Of a stretch of 64,000 bases of DNA, positions 11,129-19,301 are shown piece after piece. The DNA is from an uncultured bacterium (GTDB taxonomy: Bacteria; Deinococcota; Deinococci; Deinococcales; Marinithermaceae), in NCBI GenBank assembly GCA_964566305.1, contig CAZMIF010000062.1:7484-71483 (forward strand), given 5' to 3'. A program made the position numbers and the translations under genes. Positions within the stretch are counted from its first letter, which is position 1. The number at the start of each line of letters is the position of its first letter. The notes beneath the pieces were generated by a model. It saw only the letters and a list, made by a program, of their open reading frames with translations, searched no databases and was not told where the DNA came from.

Positions 11129-12151
11129 CTACACGCTCCTTTCGAGCACCTTGTCGAGCTGTAGTTCGCCCTTGTCAAAGAGCACGAAGTCGTCGAGGCG
11201 CACGGTGGCGTCGTAGATGACCATGTCCCAGTGGATTGCGCAGCCGAACGAGCCGCCGTAGAAGATGTCGTCGCCGAGCGCCACGTGCACGTTGCCCTGA
11301 GCCTTCTTCTCCTCCTCGAAGTCGCCGTTGTGCAGCGCCTCGGGGTTGAGGCCGAGGCCGATCTCGGCGATATGCTTGGCGCAGGGCAGGCGCGCGAAGA
11401 CCGAAGTGAGTTGCCGCGTCCGGTTGCCGCCGCCGGAAAGCTTTACCACCTCGCCGTCCTTGACCTCCAGTTCAAAAACGTCGAGGCCGCGCAGGCCGGC
11501 CACCGGCCCGTCGACCACCAGGCGCCCCTCGGCGGTCCTCTCCAGCGGCCGCTGGGAAACCTCGCCGTCGGAAAAGGCCGCCTCGCGCCCCGGCTCGCGG
11601 GCCAGCCCGCACTCGACGATTACCGGCTGGCCCATCACCGGCTCCTTGGTCACGCCGGCGTGAAAGTCGGTCCCGCGCTCGGTGGTAATGTGGATCTCCT
11701 TGGCCTGGGCCCAGAGCCGGGCCACCCGCTGGCCCAGGTTCTCCAGCTCTTCGTAATCGGCAGTGGCGGCTCCCTTGAGGTAGTTGTCCAGTTCGCGCAT
11801 GACCATCGAAAGAGCGCGAATCTTCTTCTCCTTGAGCAGTTTGGCGACCTTGCGTGAGTAAGTTGGCGCTCCCGAGGCCTTGGTAACGCCTATCAAGACG
11901 TCGCTGGCGTCGAGGGCGTGCTCGATGGGCTTGGTCAGGTAGGTCGCCCGGTCGCGCCCCCGCGTCGGCATCAGCGAGACGGTGTACTCGGCGCCCACCG
12001 ACTGCACAGCTCCCGCCAGCGCCAGGTAGATCTCCATCTCAGTCTCCGGGTCGGCGACTATCAAAACGTTTTCGCCCGGCTGCACGTCTACGTGCCGCCG
12101 GACGATTCTGTGGGCCAGGTCTATCGCGTCTATGATCCGTTGTCGGTTCAT
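11129..12151 (-). CDS. M29 (aminopeptidase T/AmpS)-like family protein
   Basis: Overall pattern, including the C-terminal GNVHVALGDD...HWDMV, resembles COG2309-type proteins. Start set at ATG 12151 because AGGAGGG lies 4 nt upstream (ORF-track start is 12175). Confidence 0.55.
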   Translation of the reverse strand: MNRQRIIDAIDLAHRIVRRHVDVQPGENVLIVADPETEMEIYLALAGAVQSVGAEYTVSLMPTRGRDRATYLTKPIEHALDASDVLIGVTKASGAPTYSRKVAKLLKEKKIRALSMVMRELDNYLKGAATADYEELENLGQRVARLWAQAKEIHITTERGTDFHAGVTKEPVMGQPVIVECGLAREPGREAAFSDGEVSQRPLERTAEGRLVVDGPVAGLRGLDVFELEVKDGEVVKLSGGGNRTRQLTSVFARLPCAKHIAEIGLGLNPEALHNGDFEEEKKAQGNVHVALGDDIFYGGSFGCAIHWDMVIYDATVRLDDFVLFDKGELQLDKVLERSV

Positions 12152-12341
12152 ACAGCCCTCCTGAGAGGTCCTCAAGATTAAACGTTAATATGGCACAACT
12201 GGCCGGAAAAAGAAAGGGGCATCCGGGCCGGCTCCCGGCGGAAAGGCGCGCCGCTTTTCGCGGCGTGTTTGACGCTGCTGTGGGAATACCGCTAAAGTAA
12301 GCACTAGTTACGCTGCTCACGATACCCATAGGAGGTCGGTA

Positions 12342-13328
12342 ATGAAGAAAAACGGCATCTTCCTCGCGGCCCTGCTGGGGTTGGCGCTCATGACGGTTAC
12401 GCCCGCCAAGATGTTCATCACCATCGGCTCCGGAGGCTATACCGGCACCTATTACCCGGTCTCGGTCGGCATTGCCAGGATCATCAACAGCAACCTTCCC
12501 GACATCAGGGCCAACGCCATCTCCACCGGCGGCTCGTTGTTCAACATCATCGCCATCCAGACCGGCAATCAGCAGATGGCGATGGCCCAGAACGACACCT
12601 GCTACTACGCATATACGGGCACGGTGATCGAGAAGGTGCGCGGCAGGCCCACCAAACGCATCCGCGGGATAGCCAAGCTCTACTCGCAGCCAATCCACAT
12701 CATCGTCCGGAAGGGAACCGGCATAACCTCGGTGGCCGACATGCGCGGGCGGCCGGTATACGTCGGCGACATCGGCTCGGGTACCGAGCAAAGCGCCAAG
12801 CTGATTCTCAAGACCTACGGCCTGACCCTTGACGACCTGGGCGAGGCGGTCCACGGTAAGGCCAGCCAGGCCGTACAGATGCTGATCGACGGCAAGATCG
12901 ACGCCATGTTCTTCTCTGCCGCTGTCGGCTCAAGCGCCTTCGTTCAGGCCGCCGAAAAGGCCGATGTCTTCTTCCTTTCGATGGATCAGGAGCACATCGA
13001 GCGGCTGATGCGCTCCTATCCCTTCTACTCAAAGATGACCGTGCCCGCGGGCACCTACCCCAACCAGAAAGAGGCCTTCGACGCGGTGGCCATTTCTTCA
13101 TTGTTGATAGCCTCGGTGGACCTGCCCGAGGACGTCGTCTACCGCATCGCCAAGCTGCTCTTCGTAGACAAGGTGGACGAGTTCAAGGCCATCAAGCCGG
13201 TACTGGCCAGGTACTTTTCGATTGAAAAGGGTCTGGAGGGCATGACCATCCCCGTCCACAAGGGCGCCGCCAGGCTCTACCGCGAGCTGAAGATTGCCAT
13301 TCCCGAGGAAGTCAAGCCGGTGGACTGA
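12342..13328 (+). CDS. TAXI-family TRAP transporter solute receptor (copy 1)
   Basis: Signal peptide, then TIGSGGYTGTYYPVSVGIARIIN and STGGSLFNI motifs typical of the TAXI/Imp (COG2358) family. SD GGAGG upstream. Confidence 0.85.
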   Translation: MKKNGIFLAALLGLALMTVTPAKMFITIGSGGYTGTYYPVSVGIARIINSNLPDIRANAISTGGSLFNIIAIQTGNQQMAMAQNDTCYYAYTGTVIEKVRGRPTKRIRGIAKLYSQPIHIIVRKGTGITSVADMRGRPVYVGDIGSGTEQSAKLILKTYGLTLDDLGEAVHGKASQAVQMLIDGKIDAMFFSAAVGSSAFVQAAEKADVFFLSMDQEHIERLMRSYPFYSKMTVPAGTYPNQKEAFDAVAISSLLIASVDLPEDVVYRIAKLLFVDKVDEFKAIKPVLARYFSIEKGLEGMTIPVHKGAARLYRELKIAIPEEVKPVD

Positions 13329-13345
13329 ACCTCCGTTAGCGGCGA

Positions 13346-13380
13346 GCGCCGGCGGCAAGAAGCCGCCGGCGCATTTATAT
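13346..13380 (+). terminator. Intrinsic-terminator-like hairpin after TAXI receptor 1
   Basis: Perfect 11-bp stem GCGCCGGCGGC / GCCGCCGGCGC with loop AAGAA (13346-13372), followed by ATTTATAT. Confidence 0.6.
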
Positions 13381-13441
13381 ACCGGTTCGGGAAAAACGCG
13401 CACTCCAACGTTGCTTTAGCCCGGCCGGAGGCCTGACGTCA

Positions 13442-13471
13442 TTGACGATATCGTGGAAAACACGATAAAGT
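13442..13471 (+). promoter_or_regulatory. Sigma-70-like promoter candidate for TAXI receptor 2
   Basis: TTGACG (13442-13447), a 17-18 nt spacer, then ATAAAG/TAAAGT. It lies between the terminator and the SD of receptor 2. Confidence 0.3.
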
Positions 13472-13514
13472 ATGAAGTGGCAATGCCATGAACTATGCCC
13501 AAGGAGGTTGGAAG

Positions 13515-14501
13515 ATGAAAAAGAGCTATATCCTGGCGATTCTTTTGGGGCTCGCGCTAAGCTTCGGCGCTTCGGCCAAGACTTTCCTGACCATCGGCTC
13601 CGGCTCGATGACCGGCGTTTACTACCCGGTTGCGAGCGGTATTGCGAAGATTATCAACGAGAACCTCGGTAGCCAGGGCATTCGCGCCAACGCCCGTTCT
13701 ACCGGCGGTTCGGCCTATAACGTAAAGGCCATCGACCAGGGCCAGCTGCAGGCCGCCCTGGCTCAGAACGACGTAATCTACTTCGCCTACAACGGTCTGA
13801 CCGAGACCTTCGAGGGCAAGCCGGTCAAGACCATCCGCGGTATCGCCACCCTCTACCCCGAGTTCCTGCACATCCTCGCGGGCGCTGACTCCGGCATCCA
13901 CTCGCTGGCCGACCTGAAGGGCAAGAAGGTCTACGTGGGCGACATCGGCTCCGGCGTCGAGCAGACCACCAAGCGCGTCTTCGAGGCCGCCGGCCTCAGC
14001 TTCGACGACCTGGCCCAGGCGGTCCACGGCAAGGCCGGCCAGGCCATCGAGCTCCTGCAGGACGGCAAGATTGACGCCATGTTCTACGTGGTCGGCGCCA
14101 AGTCCTCGGCCATGCAGCAGGCCACCGAAATCGCCAAGGCCTACTTCATCGAGCTGCCGCTCGACATCATCGCCAAGCTGACCGAGAAGTTCCCCTACTA
14201 CACCCAGGTCATCATTCCGCCCAACACCTACAAGGGCCAGAACCTCTCCGTCGCCACCATCGGCGTCATGGCCACCTTCATCGTTCGTGAGGACGTGCCC
14301 GAGGACGTCGTCTACAAGATCGCCAAGCTCCTCTTCCAGGACAAGGTCGAGGACTTCAAGAAGATCCACCCGGCCCTGGGTACCTTCTTCACCGCCAACA
14401 AGGCGCTGGACGGCATGACCATCCCGCTGCACCCGGGCGCCGCCAAGTTCTTCGAGGAGATCGGCGTCTCCATCCCCAAGCTGGCGCAGCCGGTCAAGTA
14501 A
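13515..14501 (+). CDS. TAXI-family TRAP transporter solute receptor (copy 2)
   Basis: Paralog of 12342-13328, about half identical by eye (TIGSGSMTGVYYPVASGIAKIIN). ATG 13515 is preceded by AAGGAGG (ORF-track start is 13488). Confidence 0.85.
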   Translation: MKKSYILAILLGLALSFGASAKTFLTIGSGSMTGVYYPVASGIAKIINENLGSQGIRANARSTGGSAYNVKAIDQGQLQAALAQNDVIYFAYNGLTETFEGKPVKTIRGIATLYPEFLHILAGADSGIHSLADLKGKKVYVGDIGSGVEQTTKRVFEAAGLSFDDLAQAVHGKAGQAIELLQDGKIDAMFYVVGAKSSAMQQATEIAKAYFIELPLDIIAKLTEKFPYYTQVIIPPNTYKGQNLSVATIGVMATFIVREDVPEDVVYKIAKLLFQDKVEDFKKIHPALGTFFTANKALDGMTIPLHPGAAKFFEEIGVSIPKLAQPVK

Positions 14502-14529
14502 TCCCGCTTTCAGCAACGTGAGCGATTCG

Positions 14530-14557
14530 TTTGGTCCGGCCGCCAGGCCGGACCAAA
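14530..14557 (+). promoter_or_regulatory. Intercistronic stem-loop between receptor 2 and the permease
   Basis: Perfect 12-bp stem TTTGGTCCGGCC / GGCCGGACCAAA with loop GCCA. No clean T-run follows. Confidence 0.45.
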
Positions 14558-14594
14558 CTCATATAAACTTAACTACTAGAAAGGGGGAGCTACC

Positions 14595-17027
14595 GTGAGC
14601 ACAGACGCGGAAAGGAACGAATCTTCGCGTATACCGGATATCGACGCCGAGCAGTTGATGATGGAGACCGAGTACGGCGGTCGTAACCCTATCAAGTGGC
14701 AAAAGATCCTGATCTTCCTGATCGCCGTCACCTGGTCCGCCTTCCAGCTCTTCGCCTCCTGGCTTGGCAAGATCGACCCGATGGTCCTGCGGGCAATTCA
14801 CCTGGCCTTCGCCTTCTCGATTGCCTTCCTGGCCTACCAGTCGAAGAACGCCCGCCGCGACGTCTGGCTGTTCCTGATCGGGCTTGGCTACGCCCTGTAC
14901 TTCATGATCGGCCAGAAGATCAACCTCGGCGTATTTACGGTGGGACCTTATGACATAAGTATAAACCTGCTAGTAATTATGGCGCTGGTGATCGTCGCCG
15001 GCCTGCTGATTACCCCGCGGGTCGAGGAGAAGGGTCCGGTCGACCACATTCCCTGGTACGACTGGGCAATTCTGGCCGCCGGACTGGCCGGGGCGCTGGC
15101 GATTCCGATTTTCCTCGAACAGATTATCGTTTATCAGGGCGGCGTTCCCACCACCCGCGACATCGTTCTGGGCACCCTGACCCTCTTCGTGCTGACCATC
15201 GCCGGACTGCGCGTGGTCGGCCCGGCGCTGATGAGCATCGCCTGGCTGATGATTCTCTACGCCATGACCGGCCCCGCCGGCGTCTTCAAGATTGAGCTGC
15301 CCGACGTCCTCTACCTGCACAACGGCGCTACCTGGGACAACGTCATGCAGCAGCTCTACCTGACCGACCAGGGGTTCTGGGGCGTTCCTCTGGGGGTTTC
15401 GGCGACGTTCGTCTACCTGTTCGTCCTCTTCGGAACCCTGCTCGACAAGGCCGGCGCCGGTAAGTACCTGGTCGACCTGGCCTACGCCGGTCTCGGCTCC
15501 TACCGCGGCGGCCCGGCCAAGGCGGCGGTTATCGCCAGCATGCTGACCGGCATCATCTCCGGCTCCTCCATCGCCAACGTGGTCACCACCGGCACCTTTA
15601 CCATCCCGCTGATGAAGCGCGTCGGCTATCCGCCCGAAAAAGCCGGCGCGACCGAGGTGGCCTCGTCGGTCAACGGCCAGCTCATGCCGCCGGTGATGGG
15701 CGCGGCGGCCTTCATCATGGCCGACTTCTTGCAGATACCCTACTCACGGCTGATCGTCTACGCGTTCGTGCCGGCCATCTTGACCTACTTCGGCCTCTTC
15801 CTGGTCGTCCACCTGGAAGCCGTCAAGCTGGGCCTGAAGGGTCTGCCCAAGAGCGAGCTGCCACCCTTCAAGGAAACCCTGATGTCGGGTCTGCACTTTC
15901 TGATGCCCATCGCCTGGCTGCTCTACGAGCTGGTGGCTTTGCAGCACACGCCCTCGCGCTCGGCGCTCAACGCCATGTTCCTGCTGATGTCGCTGATGTT
16001 CTTCCAGTTCGCCCTGAAGGACAAGGGGCAGCTGTTGCTGGCGTCGGTCATCACCTTCGTCCTGGCGGTGGCGCTCTACCTGTTTGGCGTGCCCGGCCTG
16101 CAGCACCAGCAGCTCGAGCTCTCCAAGGGCGTCTTCATCGAGTTCAAGCACCTCGACGTGATGTACACGTCGCTGGCGGTGCTGATAATCGGCATCATCA
16201 TGGTCGCCTTCACCGGCAACCGGCTGGGCCAGAGCCTGGGCGTGGCGCTGAAAAACTTCATCGCCGACGTGCTCGAGGGCTTCGAGGCCGCCGGTAGGAA
16301 CATGAGCACCATCGCCGTCGCCACCGCCGCCGCCGGCATCATCGTCGGTATGGTGGCCATCACCAACGTCGGTTACGGCCTGACCCAGATCGTCGAGACC
16401 ATCTCCGGCGGCAACCTGCTAATCGCCCTCTTCATCACCATGCTCGCCTCGCTGCTCCTCGGCCTGGGCCTGCCGACGACGGCCAACTACATCGTCATGG
16501 CCTCGCTGGTGGCGCCGGTGTTGCGCTACATAGCCGAGTCGCACGGCCTGGACGTGCCGCTGGTGGCGATTCACCTCTTCGTCTTCTACTTCGGCATCCT
16601 GGCCGACGACACCCCGCCGGTGGGCCTGGCCGCCTACGCCGCCGCGGCCATTGCCCGCAGCGACCCCGTCAAGACCGGCTTCCAGGGCTTCGGTTACGAC
16701 ATGCGCACCGCGCTGCTGCCCTTCGTCTTCATCTTCTACCCGCAGCTCCTGCTCCTCAACCTGAGCAGCGTCTGGCAGGGCGTCTGGGTGGTCCTGACCG
16801 GTTTCATCGGCATGACCTTCTTCGTCATCGGCAACCAGGGCTACATGCTGACCTACATGCGCGGCCTGCTCGGCTGGGCGGCCCGCATCGCCATGATGGT
16901 CGGCGGCTACCTGCTGCTGACCACGCCCTTGAAGAACGACCTGATCGGCGTGGCCATCTTCGTGGCGGTCTATCTCTGGCAGGTCTGGGAAAAGGGCCGG
17001 CAGCAGACCGCCGCCGCTACCGCCTAG
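14595..17027 (+). CDS. TRAP transporter fused permease (TAXI-type 4TM/12TM fusion)
   Basis: 810-aa polytopic protein immediately downstream of the TAXI receptors. GTG start after AAGGGGGAG. Confidence 0.85.
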   Translation: MSTDAERNESSRIPDIDAEQLMMETEYGGRNPIKWQKILIFLIAVTWSAFQLFASWLGKIDPMVLRAIHLAFAFSIAFLAYQSKNARRDVWLFLIGLGYALYFMIGQKINLGVFTVGPYDISINLLVIMALVIVAGLLITPRVEEKGPVDHIPWYDWAILAAGLAGALAIPIFLEQIIVYQGGVPTTRDIVLGTLTLFVLTIAGLRVVGPALMSIAWLMILYAMTGPAGVFKIELPDVLYLHNGATWDNVMQQLYLTDQGFWGVPLGVSATFVYLFVLFGTLLDKAGAGKYLVDLAYAGLGSYRGGPAKAAVIASMLTGIISGSSIANVVTTGTFTIPLMKRVGYPPEKAGATEVASSVNGQLMPPVMGAAAFIMADFLQIPYSRLIVYAFVPAILTYFGLFLVVHLEAVKLGLKGLPKSELPPFKETLMSGLHFLMPIAWLLYELVALQHTPSRSALNAMFLLMSLMFFQFALKDKGQLLLASVITFVLAVALYLFGVPGLQHQQLELSKGVFIEFKHLDVMYTSLAVLIIGIIMVAFTGNRLGQSLGVALKNFIADVLEGFEAAGRNMSTIAVATAAAGIIVGMVAITNVGYGLTQIVETISGGNLLIALFITMLASLLLGLGLPTTANYIVMASLVAPVLRYIAESHGLDVPLVAIHLFVFYFGILADDTPPVGLAAYAAAAIARSDPVKTGFQGFGYDMRTALLPFVFIFYPQLLLLNLSSVWQGVWVVLTGFIGMTFFVIGNQGYMLTYMRGLLGWAARIAMMVGGYLLLTTPLKNDLIGVAIFVAVYLWQVWEKGRQQTAAATA

Positions 17028-17043
17028 AGACTTCGATAAAAAA

Positions 17044-17071
17044 GAACGCCCCTGCCCGGGGCGTTCTTTTT
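17044..17071. terminator. Bidirectional rho-independent terminator
   Basis: 9-bp stem GAACGCCCC / GGGGCGTTC with a 5-nt loop, flanked by an A-run upstream and TTTTT downstream. Confidence 0.7.
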
Positions 17072-17079
17072 GTGCTCTA

Positions 17080-17700
17080 ATGGAGGCGATGTCGCTCGTC
17101 GCCCTTTCTCTGCAGAGCCCCGATACCAGCGCCGACGTCGGCTTCCTGCAGGTGCTGGGCTTCGCCCTGTGCGAGCTGGAGGACGGCCGCGCCCGTCTGG
17201 TGCCGGCCAGCGGGCCGGAGCTCTGGCTGCAAAGCGGCGAAAGCGCGCGCCTGGCCGCCGTCTTCGACGGCCTCGGGCCGCTTCGCGATCTGGAGGGCAA
17301 CCCGCTCATCTACGAACCCCCGCCGGCCGCCGCCACCAGCCGCGGCCAGGCGGAGGTGCTGGGACCGGTCTACCCGGTGGTCGACCTGGTATCGAGCATC
17401 ACCTGGTACGAAAAGCAGCTGGGGCTGACCGAGGCTTTCCGCGACGAGGTGACCCAGTGGGCGGAGCTGAGCGACGCCGCCGGTCGCCGGCTGGTGCTGG
17501 CCTTCACGCCCGATCTGGACACGCCGGCGATGCTGGCCCTGCGGGTCCGCGACGCCGCCGCCGAGGTGGAGCGCCTGCGCGAGTACGACCTGGCGCCCAT
17601 CTGGACCCGCGGGGTGCCCTGGGGACGGATGGCCGCCTATCTTTCGCCGGGCGGGCTGCCGGTGTTACTGGTGGAACGGGCTAGTAGTAATAGCGATTGA
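17080..17700 (+). CDS. VOC/glyoxalase-fold family protein (tentative)
   Basis: Two halves with bleomycin-resistance/glyoxalase-like strands (VYPVVDLVSSITWYEKQLGL). Weak motif-level call. Confidence 0.45.
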   Translation: MEAMSLVALSLQSPDTSADVGFLQVLGFALCELEDGRARLVPASGPELWLQSGESARLAAVFDGLGPLRDLEGNPLIYEPPPAAATSRGQAEVLGPVYPVVDLVSSITWYEKQLGLTEAFRDEVTQWAELSDAAGRRLVLAFTPDLDTPAMLALRVRDAAAEVERLREYDLAPIWTRGVPWGRMAAYLSPGGLPVLLVERASSNSD

Positions 17701-18712
17701 GCTTGCGCAGGTGCTCGTTGAATGTGCTGCTCAGGTAGAGCTTGCCGCCGGCGTGGAAGAAGTAGAAGTAGGGCAGGCCGTTCTCGTTGGTGCGTTTGGG
17801 GTGCAGCGTTGCCTCGAGCGCCGCGGCTCCGGGGTTGTCGATGGGGCCCGGGGGCAGGCCGGTGTGGAGGTAGGTGTTGTACGGAGAGTTTACCTCGAAG
17901 TCGCCGGCGTAGCGGTCGAGCTCGGGCAGCTTCTTGCCCAGGGCGTAGGCGACCGTCGGGTCTGATTGCAGCGGCATGCCGGCGTCCAGCCTGTTGAGGA
18001 AGACCCCGGCTATCCAGGGCATCTCCTCCGCGCTGCCGGCCTCGGCCTGGACGATAGAGGCCAGCGTCACCCAGCCGTGAATCGTCAGATTGAGGCGGCG
18101 GGCCGCTTCCACCCGCTCGGGGGTAACCTCGCGGTCGAAGCGGCGCAGCATGACGGCGACTATCAGCTCAGGGTCGGCGCCCCTGGGCAGGTCGTAGGTG
18201 TCGGGGAAGAGGTAGCCCTCGAGGGTCGGGCCGGCGACGTAGGCGGGCGTCCACTCCGCCGGCGGGTGGTTGACCAGCCGCAAAAAGCCCTCGCCGTCGA
18301 AACCCGCTCCTGATAGTCGCCGGGCGTAGTCGACCGCCCGCCAGCCCTCCGGAAAGACGAGGCGGACCATCACCTGCTCGCCGGAACCGGTCAGGTCTCG
18401 CAACAGGGAGGCCGCTCCCTCGCCGCGGAGCCTGTAATAGCCGCTTTGCAGTTTGTCCTCTACGCCGCGCCAGCGGGCATAGAGGGCAAAGGCGCGGCCG
18501 GAACGCACCAGGCCGTTCTCTTCGAGAATCCGGCCGACCTGGCCGGCGCCGGCGCCCCGGGGAATCTCGACTATGGCGCTGGCGCCGGTGGGACCCAGCA
18601 GCCAGGCCGCCCAGCCGGCCGCCGCCAGCACCGCCAGCAATAAGACCGGCAGCACCAGCAGCCACGGCCGGCGGAGCCGCCGGCGCGCCCGCCCGGCTCC
18701 GTTCCCGCTCAC
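17681..18712 (-). CDS. mltG: Endolytic murein transglycosylase MltG (YceG-like)
   Basis: N-terminal TM anchor and the YceG signature region (LASIVQAEA, NSPYNTY..GLPPGPI.NPG). Confidence 0.85.
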   Translation of the reverse strand: MSGNGAGRARRRLRRPWLLVLPVLLLAVLAAAGWAAWLLGPTGASAIVEIPRGAGAGQVGRILEENGLVRSGRAFALYARWRGVEDKLQSGYYRLRGEGAASLLRDLTGSGEQVMVRLVFPEGWRAVDYARRLSGAGFDGEGFLRLVNHPPAEWTPAYVAGPTLEGYLFPDTYDLPRGADPELIVAVMLRRFDREVTPERVEAARRLNLTIHGWVTLASIVQAEAGSAEEMPWIAGVFLNRLDAGMPLQSDPTVAYALGKKLPELDRYAGDFEVNSPYNTYLHTGLPPGPIDNPGAAALEATLHPKRTNENGLPYFYFFHAGGKLYLSSTFNEHLRKLNRYYY

Positions 18713-19113
18713 CCGCGACTCTCCAGGTAGCTCTCGAGGATGGCCACGGCGGCGGCCTCGTCCAAACGCCCCTTTTCGCGCCGTTTCTTCCTGGGAAGGT
18801 GGGCCAGCCGCTGCCCCGCCAGCCGGCTGGTAAAGCGCTCGTCGACGAACTCGACGCGCAGGCCGGCCTTCTCCAGCGCCGCGGCGAAGCGGCGCGTCTT
18901 GGCCGCCTGCTCGCCCTCCTCGCCGCCGGTGCGCAGGGGCAGACCGACGACGACCAGCCCGGCCCCCTCGCGGCGGGCCAGCTCGACCACCGCCTCGACG
19001 GGGTCGCCGTCGCCGCGCTCTATCCAGCCGCGGCCGAAGGCGAAGGGGCGGCCGCTCTCGGCCACCGCCACGCCTATCCGCGCGTCACCGACGTCGAGAC
19101 CCAGCAGTTTCAC
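18709..19113 (-). CDS. ruvX: Holliday-junction resolvase-like / pre-16S rRNA nuclease RuvX (YqgF)
   Basis: LGLDVGDARIGVAV start and DERFTS motif. 134 aa. Conserved alaS-ruvX-mltG order. Confidence 0.85.
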   Translation of the reverse strand: MKLLGLDVGDARIGVAVAESGRPFAFGRGWIERGDGDPVEAVVELARREGAGLVVVGLPLRTGGEEGEQAAKTRRFAAALEKAGLRVEFVDERFTSRLAGQRLAHLPRKKRREKGRLDEAAAVAILESYLESRG

Positions 19114-19257
19114 GAACCCATGCTAGCAAAACCGGGCGATACCCTCATTTGAGGGTACTCATGGAAAGCAACAGGTACTAACTTGAAGTTACGGAGCAGA
19201 TATCCCCCACCCCATTGCTCCTGGAATACGCGCGAAAGCGCACCACCTCCTTTCCCG

Positions 19258-19286
19258 AAAAGCGCCCGGCAGTGCCGGGCGCTTTT
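19258..19286 (-). terminator. Rho-independent terminator after alaS
   Basis: Perfect 13-bp stem AAAAGCGCCCGGC / GCCGGGCGCTTTT with loop AGT. T-runs are built into both arms, so it could act bidirectionally. Confidence 0.65.
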
Positions 19287-19301
19287 CGTGGCGGCCCCCA
19301 T

